DNA of 52,527 nucleotides from Kiritimatiellia bacterium (GTDB lineage Bacteria; Verrucomicrobiota; Kiritimatiellia; RFP12; UBA1067): NCBI GenBank assembly GCA_045545855.1, contig JAZQBR010000274.1, positions 1 to 52,527 of the forward strand, read 5' to 3'. Shown piece by piece: positions 25,715 to 35,287 of this stretch (position 1 is its first letter; each line of letters starts with the position of its first letter). The notes under the pieces were generated by a model. It saw only the letters and a program-made list of their open reading frames with translations, ran no database searches and was not told where the DNA came from. The position numbers and the translations under genes were made by a program.

Positions 25715-26896
25715 TCACTTCGCGTTCGCGAGAACAAGGTCGATAACCTTCTTGCCGAGCTCGTCGTCGTTGACATCCAAGCCTTCGGCCTTGCCGATGG
25801 CTTCGATGATGTACCACAGGCGAACTTGCCTTTCGGCCGACTCCTCGGCGTCCTTCATGATTTTTTCGCGGTTCTTCTCGAAGTAGCTGGCGTCGAGACC
25901 CGACTGCTGGGCGCGCTGGGCGAGACGCTGGATGTTGCCGTCTGTGGCGCGGCGCACCTGTGAGCCGGGCACTTCGAAATCGCACTTCTTGAGAAGCTGC
26001 TCCACCGCCTCGTTCTCGCGGCGGGCGGCCTCCTGCTCGTTCGCGCGCTTCTGCATCTGCTCGCGCATATCCGCTGCGAGCTTCTCGATCGACTCGACCT
26101 TTGCTTTTTCGGCGAACTTGGCATCATCCGGGACGAGACGGCGGCGTATCATGTCGAGCTTGACGCTGTAGACGGCCTTCGCGCCCTTGAGCGGCTCGGG
26201 AGCCGCCTCGGTGTCGAAAACGACCTCGACGCCATCCTTCGACTCGCCAACCTTCATGCCGGCGACGGCGTCGAGAATCTCCTTGAGAAAGCGCCCTTCT
26301 TCAAGCTGGGTCCAGAAACCCGCGCCGGAGGCGACAATCTTGGCCTCGGGGGCAATCTCGAGAATCGGCTTGCCGTCAATCGTGCCGGAATAGTCTATCT
26401 GGACAAAGTCGCCGACGGCGGCCGCGTCGCCCTCCTTCGCGTCGACAAAGTCGGAGTACGCCTCGCGCAAACGCTGGAGCTGGGCCGCGACATCTTCGTC
26501 CTTGACGGTGACATCGTTCGAGCCAATCTTCAGACCCTTGTAGGACGGGAGCTTGAACACGGGCTTCACATCAACTATGGCGGCAAACTCGCCGCCGTCC
26601 GCGTCGTACTTGACATCTTTGACCTCGGTGACCGCAACCTGGTCAAGCGCCTCGGCTTTAATCGCGTCAGAGATGCTATTCTGGTACATCATGCGCTTGG
26701 TCTCTTCGGCGAGACCGTTCGCGAACTCCTTGCGAATCATCTCTATAGGCACCTTGCCGGGGCGAAAGCCCGGCAGCTTCGCCTCGCGCACAAACGCTCG
26801 TTCGACGTCCTTGACGATCTTCTTCATCTCGTCGGCGTCAAGCTTTACTGTAAGCTGAACCTGGCACTTGTCCAGCTTCTTCGTTTCGGTCTTCAT
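25715..26896 (-). CDS. tig: trigger factor (393 aa)
   Basis: ORF 25715..27103 trimmed to ATG 26896 ([24 protein letters not shown]), preceded by AAGGAGA. Ribosome-binding motif region [10 protein letters not shown]. The conserved tig-clpP-clpX order supports the call. Confidence 0.9.
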   Translation of the reverse strand: MKTETKKLDKCQVQLTVKLDADEMKKIVKDVERAFVREAKLPGFRPGKVPIEMIRKEFANGLAEETKRMMYQNSISDAIKAEALDQVAVTEVKDVKYDADGGEFAAIVDVKPVFKLPSYKGLKIGSNDVTVKDEDVAAQLQRLREAYSDFVDAKEGDAAAVGDFVQIDYSGTIDGKPILEIAPEAKIVASGAGFWTQLEEGRFLKEILDAVAGMKVGESKDGVEVVFDTEAAPEPLKGAKAVYSVKLDMIRRRLVPDDAKFAEKAKVESIEKLAADMREQMQKRANEQEAARRENEAVEQLLKKCDFEVPGSQVRRATDGNIQRLAQRAQQSGLDASYFEKNREKIMKDAEESAERQVRLWYIIEAIGKAEGLDVNDDELGKKVIDLVLANAK

Positions 26897-26934
26897 TAGG
26901 CTGTATCTCCTTGTTTGTGAAATTGAAGTCGCAT

Positions 26935-26943
26935 ATTTTACCA
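26935..26943 (-). promoter_or_regulatory. extended -10-like element TGGTAAAAT upstream of tig
   Basis: Plus-strand ATTTTACCA, about 39 nt upstream of ATG 26896 and just downstream of the recA terminator. Confidence 0.5.
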
Positions 26944-26963
26944 AAAATTGCGGCTGAATTGGG

Positions 26964-27029
26964 AAAAAAATCGAGCCTGCGGCGGCCGGCATGGTGCGGC
27001 GGCCGGCACGGTACGGCGGCCGCAAGGCT
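26964..27029 (-). terminator. probable intrinsic terminator of recA, built on three tandem ~17-bp GC-rich repeats
   Basis: On the minus-strand RNA, AGCCUUGCGGC (27029-27019) pairs with GCCGCAGGCU (26983-26974), giving 10 bp with one bulge, then CGA and U7 (A-run 26964-26970 on the plus strand). The loop carries the repeats TGCGGCGGCCGGCATGG (26978-94), TGCGGCGGCCGGCACGG (26995-27011) and TACGGCGGCCGCAAGG (27012-27). Confidence 0.5.
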
Positions 27030-27047
27030 GCAAGGCGGTCTCGGGCG

Positions 27048-28082
27048 TCACTTCTTCTTGGCGAGAGCCGGGTTGACGGGCGTAGACTTGACGAGGTCGA
27101 CAATCTTGGCGGTAACCTCGGGGTTGGCCTTCAGGTAGTCGATGGTGGCGAGGGAGCCCTGGGCGAGCTGCTCGTCGCCGAATGAGAGCCAGCTGCCGCG
27201 CTTTTCGACAATGCCGCGCGCAAGGGCGGCGTCGAGAACGGAGCCTTCGTAGGATATGCCACACGTATAGAGAATGTCGAACTCTGCCTCGGTGAACGGC
27301 GGGGCGACCTTGTTCTTGACGACCTTGACGCGGGTCCTGTTGCCGACAACCTGGCCGGCGGTATTCTTGATGGCGCCGATGCGCTGCACTTGCAGGCGGA
27401 CCGAGGCGTAAAACTTGAGAGCCTTGCCGCCGGGAGTGGTCTCGGGATTGCCGAACATCACGCCGATTTTCTCGCGCACCTGGTTGGTGAAGATGCAGAG
27501 CGTCTTGGTGGCGGCCAGCACGCTGGTGAGCTTGCGCATGGCCTGCGACATGAGACGCGCCTGCAGACCCATGTGGGAGTCGCCCATATTGCCGTCGATC
27601 TCGGCCTGCGGCGTGAGGGCGGCGACTGAATCGACGACAATGACATCGAGCGCGCCCGACTTGCACAGCTGCTCGCATATAGTCAAGGCCTCTTCGCCGC
27701 TGTTCGGCTGGGAAACTATGAGATTGTCAAGGTCGACGCCTATTTTCTTGGCATAGCCGGGGTCGAGCGCGTGCTCGGCGTCGATAAACGCGGCGACGCC
27801 CCCCGCCTTCTGGGCGTTGGCTACGACATGGAGCGCGAGCGTGGTCTTGCCGGACGACTCCTGGCCGTAGCACTCGACAATGCGCCCGCGCGGCAGGCCG
27901 CCGACGCCAAGAGCCATGTCGAGCGAAAGCGCGCCCGTCGGTATCACCGGTATTTCCTTTACTTCCTGGTCACCGAGACGCATGATCGACATCTCGCCGA
28001 ACTCCTTGCGTATCTGGCTCATGACCGCGTCGAGCGCTGTGTTGCCGACGGTTGCCTTCTTGATTTCCTTCTTCTCTGCCAT
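27048..28082 (-). CDS. recA: recombinase RecA (344 aa)
   Basis: ORF 27048..28262 trimmed to ATG 28082 ([38 protein letters not shown]). Walker [23 protein letters not shown] and [34 protein letters not shown] are present. Confidence 0.97.
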   Translation of the reverse strand: MAEKKEIKKATVGNTALDAVMSQIRKEFGEMSIMRLGDQEVKEIPVIPTGALSLDMALGVGGLPRGRIVECYGQESSGKTTLALHVVANAQKAGGVAAFIDAEHALDPGYAKKIGVDLDNLIVSQPNSGEEALTICEQLCKSGALDVIVVDSVAALTPQAEIDGNMGDSHMGLQARLMSQAMRKLTSVLAATKTLCIFTNQVREKIGVMFGNPETTPGGKALKFYASVRLQVQRIGAIKNTAGQVVGNRTRVKVVKNKVAPPFTEAEFDILYTCGISYEGSVLDAALARGIVEKRGSWLSFGDEQLAQGSLATIDYLKANPEVTAKIVDLVKSTPVNPALAKKK

Positions 28083-28122
28083 ATTCGTTGGGGTGGTGTG
28101 TGTTGTGTTGTCCCTGAGGTGC

Positions 28123-31100
28123 TTACTTCTGGCCGTCCTCGCCACGGACCTTCCAGAAGCGGTGTTCGCCAGCCGCTTCTGCCTCAATGACGAACTGAAG
28201 TTTCGCGTCGAGGTCTTCAGCCGAGAGCGTCTTCGGCTCGGCGGCGTCCGTCCAGTCTGCAAGATCGTCAGAGGCCATCAGTGTGTAGGTGCAAAACTCC
28301 GTGCCCGGCGCGAGCACGAGGCGCCAGCCGCCGTCCTCGCGCCTCTCGACGGCGGTAAAGGTGAACGGCGCACACTCCACGACAACAGGCTCGTCATCTT
28401 CGTCGACTTCGACCAGAACGAGATCGTATACGACAGGTATGCCGTCGACGAGGCGCACAAAGCGACCGTCCTCTACCGCCGAAGTCCAGACAAGAAGCGT
28501 CTCGTCGCCGCCTTGAACTATCTGCGCCTTCTCACCGTCAGCGTCGCGGCGGAACCTGTGGGCGCTGACAACGAGGTTGCTCTGTGTCGTAGAGGCGGCA
28601 TAGGCGGGGTCGACAATGCCGAGAACCTCGGTGTCGGCCATATAACCCTCGGTGAAACCGATGCGGCCTTCGAGAAGTTCTGCGAGAACGAGAGCGCTGC
28701 GGTCCTGCACGACAAGATTGGAGTCGGCGCCGGCGAGAGAAGTGTTGCCGTGGACGCGGGCCGGCCCGCGCACTTCAACGCGCGCGCCGTTGCCTATATA
28801 GACGCCGCCGGCGTGACCGCCCTTGCAGCGCGCGATTGTGCCGCCGTTGAGATAGGCGGCGCCCTCAACGACCTCGGTATTGTTGGAATAGCAAGTTACC
28901 ACGACCGCGCCAGCCGAACGCGCCGCACCGGAAGCACCCTTGTAGCCGTTGGCGCAGTCGACAATCTCGGCGCCCGGGTTCATCGTGAACGTGCCACCCC
29001 AGACATCGACCGGAGCGACCATCTTCGACGAGCTGCCGACGACATTCGTGATCACGGCACCGTCGTCAAGCGTCAGAGCGCCGCAGTTGACGTAGAAGAG
29101 GCGAAGGGCGCCTCTACCGCCGTCCAGCACGGCGTTGGTGACCGCGAGAGACGCATTGTTGGTGACGGTAATGAAACAATCTTTGGTGCGCGTCAAGGCG
29201 TAGCCGCCGCCGTCATAGACAATGGACGAGGCGACAAGGACGTTGGTAGACAGGGTCGCGTCCTTGAGAAGCTCGATCCTGGCGTCATCGCCGCCGCGCG
29301 CAGCCACCAGAAAAGCCTCGGCGACATCGGCGTAGCAGACGCTGGAATCGCCGACCGTAATCTTCGCTGCGGCAACGGTCTCGGGGACGGGTATCGGGCG
29401 CTCGACATTCTTCCAGACGAGACCGGCGGACGCCGCCTCGGCGGCGAGCGCGTCGTTGGCGTCGTCGTTCAAGGCGGCGTCGTTGACGAACGCGGCGGCC
29501 GCAGCGGCCAGATCGGCGGCGGCGACGCCAGGGGCGGCCGCCGCGAAGAGCGAACCCGCCTTCACACGGCCGGTCGCGTTGACGCCGATGTAGGCGCCTT
29601 CAGCCATGGCCCCGGCGAGCGTGAGCATCGGTTCGGCGCCGTTGGCGACTCTGGCGAAATACAGGTCGTCGGCCAGCGTCGTCGTTCTGCCGGACGTGTT
29701 GCCATAGGCGATTGCGAGGCCAGACACCGCCACTTTGGAGCCTAGCGCGGCAAAGACGCCGCCGCCATTGCCCGAAAGGACGCAGCAGCCCCTGATAGCG
29801 CCGCCAAAGAAGTCGAACGAGCAGCCATCGCCGCCAAGATGGACGGCGGCACCGCCGCCGTTCTGGCCGCTCTGCACACAACCCGTGATGGCAGAGCCTT
29901 CAAGCATTGTAAACTTCCCGTTCACGACACGCACGGCGCTGGCGCTGGAGCCGAGAATCAGATCGGCGATCACCGCACCGGCGCCAAACTCGAGCGAGCC
30001 GCCGTCCGTCACTTCAAACATCGAAACCGTCGAACCGGGACGCGAGAAAGCGACATTCTCGACGGTCATGGCCGCGCCCGCTATATTGAAGAACGCGTCC
30101 TTGGTGGCTGTGACGGTAACAGGCGCGCCGTCAGCAGCCTTGAATGTCATGTCATTCGATACGGCGACCGGTCGCTTGAAAGCGTCGGCGGGGCAGTCCT
30201 TCAAGACGACAACCTCGCCGCCGGCAGCGTAGTCCTCGAAGAGATAATCGAGCGACATGTAGTAGGTCGTGCCGATGTCATCGTTTGTGGCCTTGAAGTA
30301 GGCGTCTTTAGGGTCGACCGCCTTGCGATCCCAAGCCAGCGTGCCGTCCTCAAGCGCCGAACCGCACATCGACAAGTTCAGTGCATCGCCGACGCGCGCG
30401 GCGCAGGCGGCCGCGACTTCGTAGTCGCAGGTGTAGCGGCCAAAGGGCTCGAAACGCTCGTCTGCGGCGGCGTAGGCAACGGAGAGCCCGTCTTCAAGCG
30501 GAGAAACTTCGCCGGACAGAACGAAGGCGTCGGCGTCCTTCACATTTATGACACCAAGGCCTAGAACGCCTTCGACGGCGATTGTACCGCCGGCGGCGAC
30601 ATCAATGTCGACGGCCTCGACCGACTCGGCGTCGAACACCGCGCCGGAGAGAGCAAGCCTGGCGCCCTCTACGACCTGAATCGCCCATCCTGCGGCGGTC
30701 ACGGCGTTCGTCGTGGCAGTCACGACGCAATCGGCGGCCGTTGGATAGTCAGATGCCGCGTCGGGCACCGTGGCAATCGTGATGTCGGTCGCGATGGTGA
30801 CAGGGCTTCTGAGCTTCGCAGGGCCGAAAACAACGATTGGCTCGGGTTCTGTGGCGACAGCCGCGTCCCTCAAGGCCGCGTCGAGGTAGTTGTAGAGCTT
30901 CTCGCCTATCTTCACATACGGAACCTCGATGTTGAGGTCGTGCCCCCATGTGTTGCCTACACGCTCGAAATCGGTGACAGTGTAGGAGGCGCCGGCAACG
31001 GTCTTGGAAACCGGGACAGGGTCGAAGAGCCTGTCAATCTTGGTGCCGTCGGCAGATACGGCGACGATCTCGTAGCTGGCGCCGCTCTGGAGGGGCAGCG

Positions 31101-32397
31101 CATACACGCCGTTGGCGTCGGCGACAGCGTTTGTCACTTCTGTGTCGGTGCCGGGGATATAGGCCGTCACAACGGCGCCGTCCGCCGGCTCACCGGCGTC
31201 GAGGACGCGCCCGGTGACGAGCTCTGTCTGGCCGTCTTCGATTTCCCCGGGCGCGACATTGAACAGCGCGCCTCTTAAAACGGGCTTGTAAGCACCGACG
31301 CGGGAGGTGCCGATGTCGGGTATCGAGTACCAGATGTCGTCAAGCGTGTCCCAGCCCATATTGATGTGCACGAAGTCGGTTTCTACGCCGGCGAGGGTGA
31401 TGAAGCCGTAGCCGTCGGCGACGGCGGCGCACATATCCTTCTGGTAGACGCCGTCGTGTATCGCCAGCTGGACCGGACGCTTGGCGTCGATGCTCGCGAA
31501 AATCACCTTTTCGCGGGTGGCGCGCCTATGCAGGCCTGTGGATTTCTCAAGCGAAGACGCCGACTGCTCCATGTACATGAAGCCGGCGCCATATTGATAA
31601 TTGCCGCGAAAAACAGCGGCGAGCCCGAAGGGATTGGAGCGCGTGACGGTTCGCGCGTATTCTGTCATCAGGTAGATGCTGCCGCCGATATCGGCGATAA
31701 GGTCGCCGATGGCCCGGCGGCCCTCTTCGGTCACGCCGCCTTCGGCTGGACGAAGAGTCATCGACGACCAGTCGCGCGCATCCTCCGGGAACTCCCAGTA
31801 GCGCATGATCTGCGCGGCGGAGGTCGCCACGCAACCGGCTGGCATCGAGTCGGGCGTGGAGTAGTTGTAGCAAGCCATCTTGTCGACATTGCCCTGCCCC
31901 CACTGCGACTGCACAAGGGCGTCGACACGCAAGTCTGACGAGCCGGAAATTTCATCGGCCTCACTGGTAAGCGCGTCCCACATCTTGCGCCCGTCTGACG
32001 TCTGGGAGGCGATTTCGAGGCGAAAGAGCACGTCGCGCTCAAGAAGCGTGCGCAGAGGGCTGCCGTCAGTCAGGTCCAGGGCGTCGGGAGTCGTCTGCGA
32101 GAACGCGAGCACGGGGCCGATGCGATCGTCTGCGGCGAGAAAGAGCGTACCGCCGGCGGAAAACCAAGAAGGGAATACCCTCACGGCATAGAACAAGTTG
32201 GTTGTGCCAGACGCCGAGTCGGTGTACGACTCCGGCATCGTCGAGACGGTGGCACCCTTCGGCAGCACGCCGAACGAGGCGTCGACGTTCGCCCACGCCT
32301 GGGCGGCTTTGACCGCCCGTTCAGTGTCCACCGTGCCGGCGTTCGCGCAACATGCGAACGCAACAAGAGAGAGCAAAACAGCTTTATTTGCTTTCAT
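28123..32397 (-). CDS. giant exported peptidase C10 (streptopain-like) family protein with carboxypeptidase-regulatory-like domain and long beta-helix/adhesin-like region
   Basis: 1424-aa ORF with signal [20 protein letters not shown] and a Spi-inhibitor-like prodomain ([14 protein letters not shown]). C10 nucleophile motif [32 protein letters not shown]. Second C10 block [18 protein letters not shown]. The remaining roughly 1000 aa are G/A/V/T-rich repeats. Confidence 0.85.
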   Translation of the reverse strand: MKANKAVLLSLVAFACCANAGTVDTERAVKAAQAWANVDASFGVLPKGATVSTMPESYTDSASGTTNLFYAVRVFPSWFSAGGTLFLAADDRIGPVLAFSQTTPDALDLTDGSPLRTLLERDVLFRLEIASQTSDGRKMWDALTSEADEISGSSDLRVDALVQSQWGQGNVDKMACYNYSTPDSMPAGCVATSAAQIMRYWEFPEDARDWSSMTLRPAEGGVTEEGRRAIGDLIADIGGSIYLMTEYARTVTRSNPFGLAAVFRGNYQYGAGFMYMEQSASSLEKSTGLHRRATREKVIFASIDAKRPVQLAIHDGVYQKDMCAAVADGYGFITLAGVETDFVHINMGWDTLDDIWYSIPDIGTSRVGAYKPVLRGALFNVAPGEIEDGQTELVTGRVLDAGEPADGAVVTAYIPGTDTEVTNAVADANGVYALPLQSGASYEIVAVSADGTKIDRLFDPVPVSKTVAGASYTVTDFERVGNTWGHDLNIEVPYVKIGEKLYNYLDAALRDAAVATEPEPIVVFGPAKLRSPVTIATDITIATVPDAASDYPTAADCVVTATTNAVTAAGWAIQVVEGARLALSGAVFDAESVEAVDIDVAAGGTIAVEGVLGLGVINVKDADAFVLSGEVSPLEDGLSVAYAAADERFEPFGRYTCDYEVAAACAARVGDALNLSMCGSALEDGTLAWDRKAVDPKDAYFKATNDDIGTTYYMSLDYLFEDYAAGGEVVVLKDCPADAFKRPVAVSNDMTFKAADGAPVTVTATKDAFFNIAGAAMTVENVAFSRPGSTVSMFEVTDGGSLEFGAGAVIADLILGSSASAVRVVNGKFTMLEGSAITGCVQSGQNGGGAAVHLGGDGCSFDFFGGAIRGCCVLSGNGGGVFAALGSKVAVSGLAIAYGNTSGRTTTLADDLYFARVANGAEPMLTLAGAMAEGAYIGVNATGRVKAGSLFAAAAPGVAAADLAAAAAAFVNDAALNDDANDALAAEAASAGLVWKNVERPIPVPETVAAAKITVGDSSVCYADVAEAFLVAARGGDDARIELLKDATLSTNVLVASSIVYDGGGYALTRTKDCFITVTNNASLAVTNAVLDGGRGALRLFYVNCGALTLDDGAVITNVVGSSSKMVAPVDVWGGTFTMNPGAEIVDCANGYKGASGAARSAGAVVVTCYSNNTEVVEGAAYLNGGTIARCKGGHAGGVYIGNGARVEVRGPARVHGNTSLAGADSNLVVQDRSALVLAELLEGRIGFTEGYMADTEVLGIVDPAYAASTTQSNLVVSAHRFRRDADGEKAQIVQGGDETLLVWTSAVEDGRFVRLVDGIPVVYDLVLVEVDEDDEPVVVECAPFTFTAVERREDGGWRLVLAPGTEFCTYTLMASDDLADWTDAAEPKTLSAEDLDAKLQFVIEAEAAGEHRFWKVRGEDGQK

Positions 32398-32459
32398 AGT
32401 ATCTTCCCTAGGATTTAGGCATATATAATATCATTTTTCTGCGGCAAAAGCAAAGGTTT

Positions 32460-35270
32460 TTACAGGAATTTAGCTGTAGCGGAACGCGGGCAGGCGCGCA
32501 CGGCGTCGACCGGCCCCTCGCAGACAAGTTCGCCGCCGGCGTCGCCGCCGCCCGGGCCGAGATCGACAATCCAGTCGGCCGAGCGCATTACATCTATGTT
32601 GTGCTCGATTACGATTACAGTGTTGCCCTGGTCGCGAAGCCGCAGCAGAAGGCGCATGAGCTTGGCAACATCGTCGAAATGGAGCCCCGTTGTCGGCTCG
32701 TCAAGGAGGTAGAGCGTCTTGCCGGTCGAACGGCGCGAGAGCTCCGCGGCGAGCTTGATGCGCTGGGCCTCGCCACCCGAGAGGGTCGTGGCCGACTGCC
32801 CGAGAGCCACGTAGCCCAGCCCCACGTCGACCAGCGTCTTGAGCTTGCGGGCGAGCGAAGGCACCTTCGCGAAGAATTCGCTCGCCTCTGCGACCGTCAT
32901 CTCGAGAACGTCCGAGATCGTCTTGCCGCCGTATGTGACCTCAAGGGTTTCGGCGTTGAAACGCCTGCCGCCGCACTGCTCGCAGGTGACATACACGTCC
33001 GGCAAAAAACTCATCTCGAGCTTTCTGAGGCCGTCGCCGCCGCAGACCTCGCAGCGCCCGCCCTTCACGTTGAAGGAGAAGCGCCCGGCGGTGTAGCCGC
33101 GCGTCTTGGCAGCCTCGGTCATCGCGAAAAGCTCGCGTATCTCGGAGAAAAAGCCGACGTATGTCGCAGGGTTTGAGCGAGGCGTGCGACCGATCGGCGA
33201 CTGGTCGATTTCGATTACCTTGTCGAAATACTCGGCGCCGGCGAGGCGACGGAACTTGCCGGGACGTTCTTTGGCGCGGTAGAGCCGCTGCATCAACGCG
33301 CGCTTGAGAGTCTCTTCGACAAGCGTCGACTTGCCCGAGCCGGAGACGCCGGAGACGACTGTAAACGCGCCCACGGGAAAACGCGCGGTTATGTTCTTCA
33401 GATTGTGCTCGCAACAGCCGGATATGACGAGAAAGCGCGACCAGGACGGTTTCGCGGTGCCGGTCGGTTTGATCGCGACGCTTTTCCTTCCATTCAGATA
33501 GTCGGCCGTGAGAGATTCGGCCTTTACGAGGCCGCGAAAATCGCCCTGGTACATGACGCGGCCGCCCTCGCGCCCGGCTCCCGGGCCAAGATCTACAATG
33601 TAGTCTGCCGCACGCATCATCTCCTCGTCGTGTTCAACGACAACGACTGTGTTGCCGCGGTCGCGAAGCTCCTTGAGGGTCGCTATGAGGCGCTCGTTGT
33701 CGCGGGGGTGCAGACCAATCGTCGGCTCGTCGAGAACGTACAGCACGCCTGTCAGACCCGAACCTATCTGGGTCGCGAGGCGTATCCGCTGCATCTCGCC
33801 GCCCGAAAGCGTGGCCGAGGGACGGTCGAGCGTCAAATAGTCTAGGCCGACATCGAGCAGAAACTGCAGGCGGCGCACAATCTCCTTCAGTATGTCGCCG
33901 AGGCCTGCCGGGGGCTTGAGCGACTTGAAAAATGCGAGCGCCTCTGTTACCGGCATCGCCATGACTTCTACAATGGTGCGGCCCTCGACGGTCGCGGCGC
34001 GCGACTCCGGGCGCAGACGCGAACCATGGCAGTCGGGACAGGTGCGATAGCTCTGGTAAGCCTCCCACTTGGCGCGCGTCTCATCGTCTTCGGCCTCCTC
34101 AAGCCGGCGCTGAAGAGTCGCGAGAACGCCTTCAAAGGGACGATCGACGCTACGCCACGGCAGAACGAGGTCATCCTTAAAGCCGTGCATCAAGTCGTGG
34201 CGGAACTTCGCGGGGAGCTTTTCGTAGGGCGTGTCGAGGCCGACGCCGTACTGTTTGGCGATATGCTCGAGAAGCGCGTTGTAGTACATGATGGCGTTGT
34301 GGCCGGCGCGCCGCCACGGATGTATGCACTCCCTGAGAGGGAGTGTCCTGTCAGGGACGACAAGCTCCTCGTCAAAGAAGTACAGCTGGCCGAGGCCGGA
34401 GCATGTCGGGCACGCGCCGAAGGGGGAATTGAAAGAGAAGGAGCGCGGCTTCAGCTCGTCAAAAGATATGCCGCAGTCCGGGCAGGCGTTCAGCTCAGAG
34501 TAGGTCGTCTCTCTCGGCCCGCCGTTCGCTTCGCGCCCATCGCCGCCCGCAGACGAAGGCATCTCCTCGACAACGAGGATTCCGCCGCCGGTCTTCAGCG
34601 CGAGCTCGACGGAGTCTGTAAGGCGTGTGCGGTCGCAGGGGAGCGAAAGACGGTCTATAACGACGTCTATCGAATGGGCCTTCTTCTTGTCCAGGTCGGG
34701 CAACTCCTCAAGCATATACACTGCGCCGTCGACACGCACGCGCGCGAAGCCCTTTCGCTTCAGCTCTTCGAAGAGCGCCTCGTGCCGACCTTTCTTGCCC
34801 TTCACTACTGGCGCGTATAGAACGGCCCTGCGACACGTCTCGCCGCCGGCAAGCATCGCGTCGACAATCTCCTCGGCGGACTGGCGGCGGACGGCCTTGC
34901 CGCACTTCGGGCAGTGGGCGATGGCGGCCGAGCCGTAGAGAAGCCTGAGATAGTCGTGTATCTCGGTGACGGTAGCTACGATTGAGCGCGGGTTGCCGCT
35001 CGTCGTGCGCTGTTCTATCGAAATCGCCGGCGAAAGGCCCTCGATCTTCTCGACGTCCGGCTTCTGCATGCGGTCGAGGAACTGCCGCGCGTACGCCGAA
35101 AGGCTTTCGACGTAGCGTCGCTGACCCTCGGCGTAGAGCGTGTCGAAAGCGAGCGAAGATTTGCCGCTCCCTGAAAGGCCGGTGACCACTGTAAGCGAGT
35201 TGCGTGGTATCGTTACATCTACACCGCGCAGATTGTGAACCTTGGCCCCCTTGATAAATATGTCTGTCAT
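32460..35270 (-). CDS. uvrA: excinuclease ABC subunit A
   Basis: 936-aa ORF MTDIFIKGAKVHNLRGVDVTIPRNSLTVVTGLSGSGKSSLAFDTLYAEGQRRY. Second Walker A VVSGVSGSGKSTLV. Two ABC signatures LSGGEMQR and LSGGEAQR. Confidence 0.97.
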   Translation of the reverse strand: MTDIFIKGAKVHNLRGVDVTIPRNSLTVVTGLSGSGKSSLAFDTLYAEGQRRYVESLSAYARQFLDRMQKPDVEKIEGLSPAISIEQRTTSGNPRSIVATVTEIHDYLRLLYGSAAIAHCPKCGKAVRRQSAEEIVDAMLAGGETCRRAVLYAPVVKGKKGRHEALFEELKRKGFARVRVDGAVYMLEELPDLDKKKAHSIDVVIDRLSLPCDRTRLTDSVELALKTGGGILVVEEMPSSAGGDGREANGGPRETTYSELNACPDCGISFDELKPRSFSFNSPFGACPTCSGLGQLYFFDEELVVPDRTLPLRECIHPWRRAGHNAIMYYNALLEHIAKQYGVGLDTPYEKLPAKFRHDLMHGFKDDLVLPWRSVDRPFEGVLATLQRRLEEAEDDETRAKWEAYQSYRTCPDCHGSRLRPESRAATVEGRTIVEVMAMPVTEALAFFKSLKPPAGLGDILKEIVRRLQFLLDVGLDYLTLDRPSATLSGGEMQRIRLATQIGSGLTGVLYVLDEPTIGLHPRDNERLIATLKELRDRGNTVVVVEHDEEMMRAADYIVDLGPGAGREGGRVMYQGDFRGLVKAESLTADYLNGRKSVAIKPTGTAKPSWSRFLVISGCCEHNLKNITARFPVGAFTVVSGVSGSGKSTLVEETLKRALMQRLYRAKERPGKFRRLAGAEYFDKVIEIDQSPIGRTPRSNPATYVGFFSEIRELFAMTEAAKTRGYTAGRFSFNVKGGRCEVCGGDGLRKLEMSFLPDVYVTCEQCGGRRFNAETLEVTYGGKTISDVLEMTVAEASEFFAKVPSLARKLKTLVDVGLGYVALGQSATTLSGGEAQRIKLAAELSRRSTGKTLYLLDEPTTGLHFDDVAKLMRLLLRLRDQGNTVIVIEHNIDVMRSADWIVDLGPGGGDAGGELVCEGPVDAVRACPRSATAKFL

Positions 35271-35287
35271 TTATGCCGCACCGGTTT

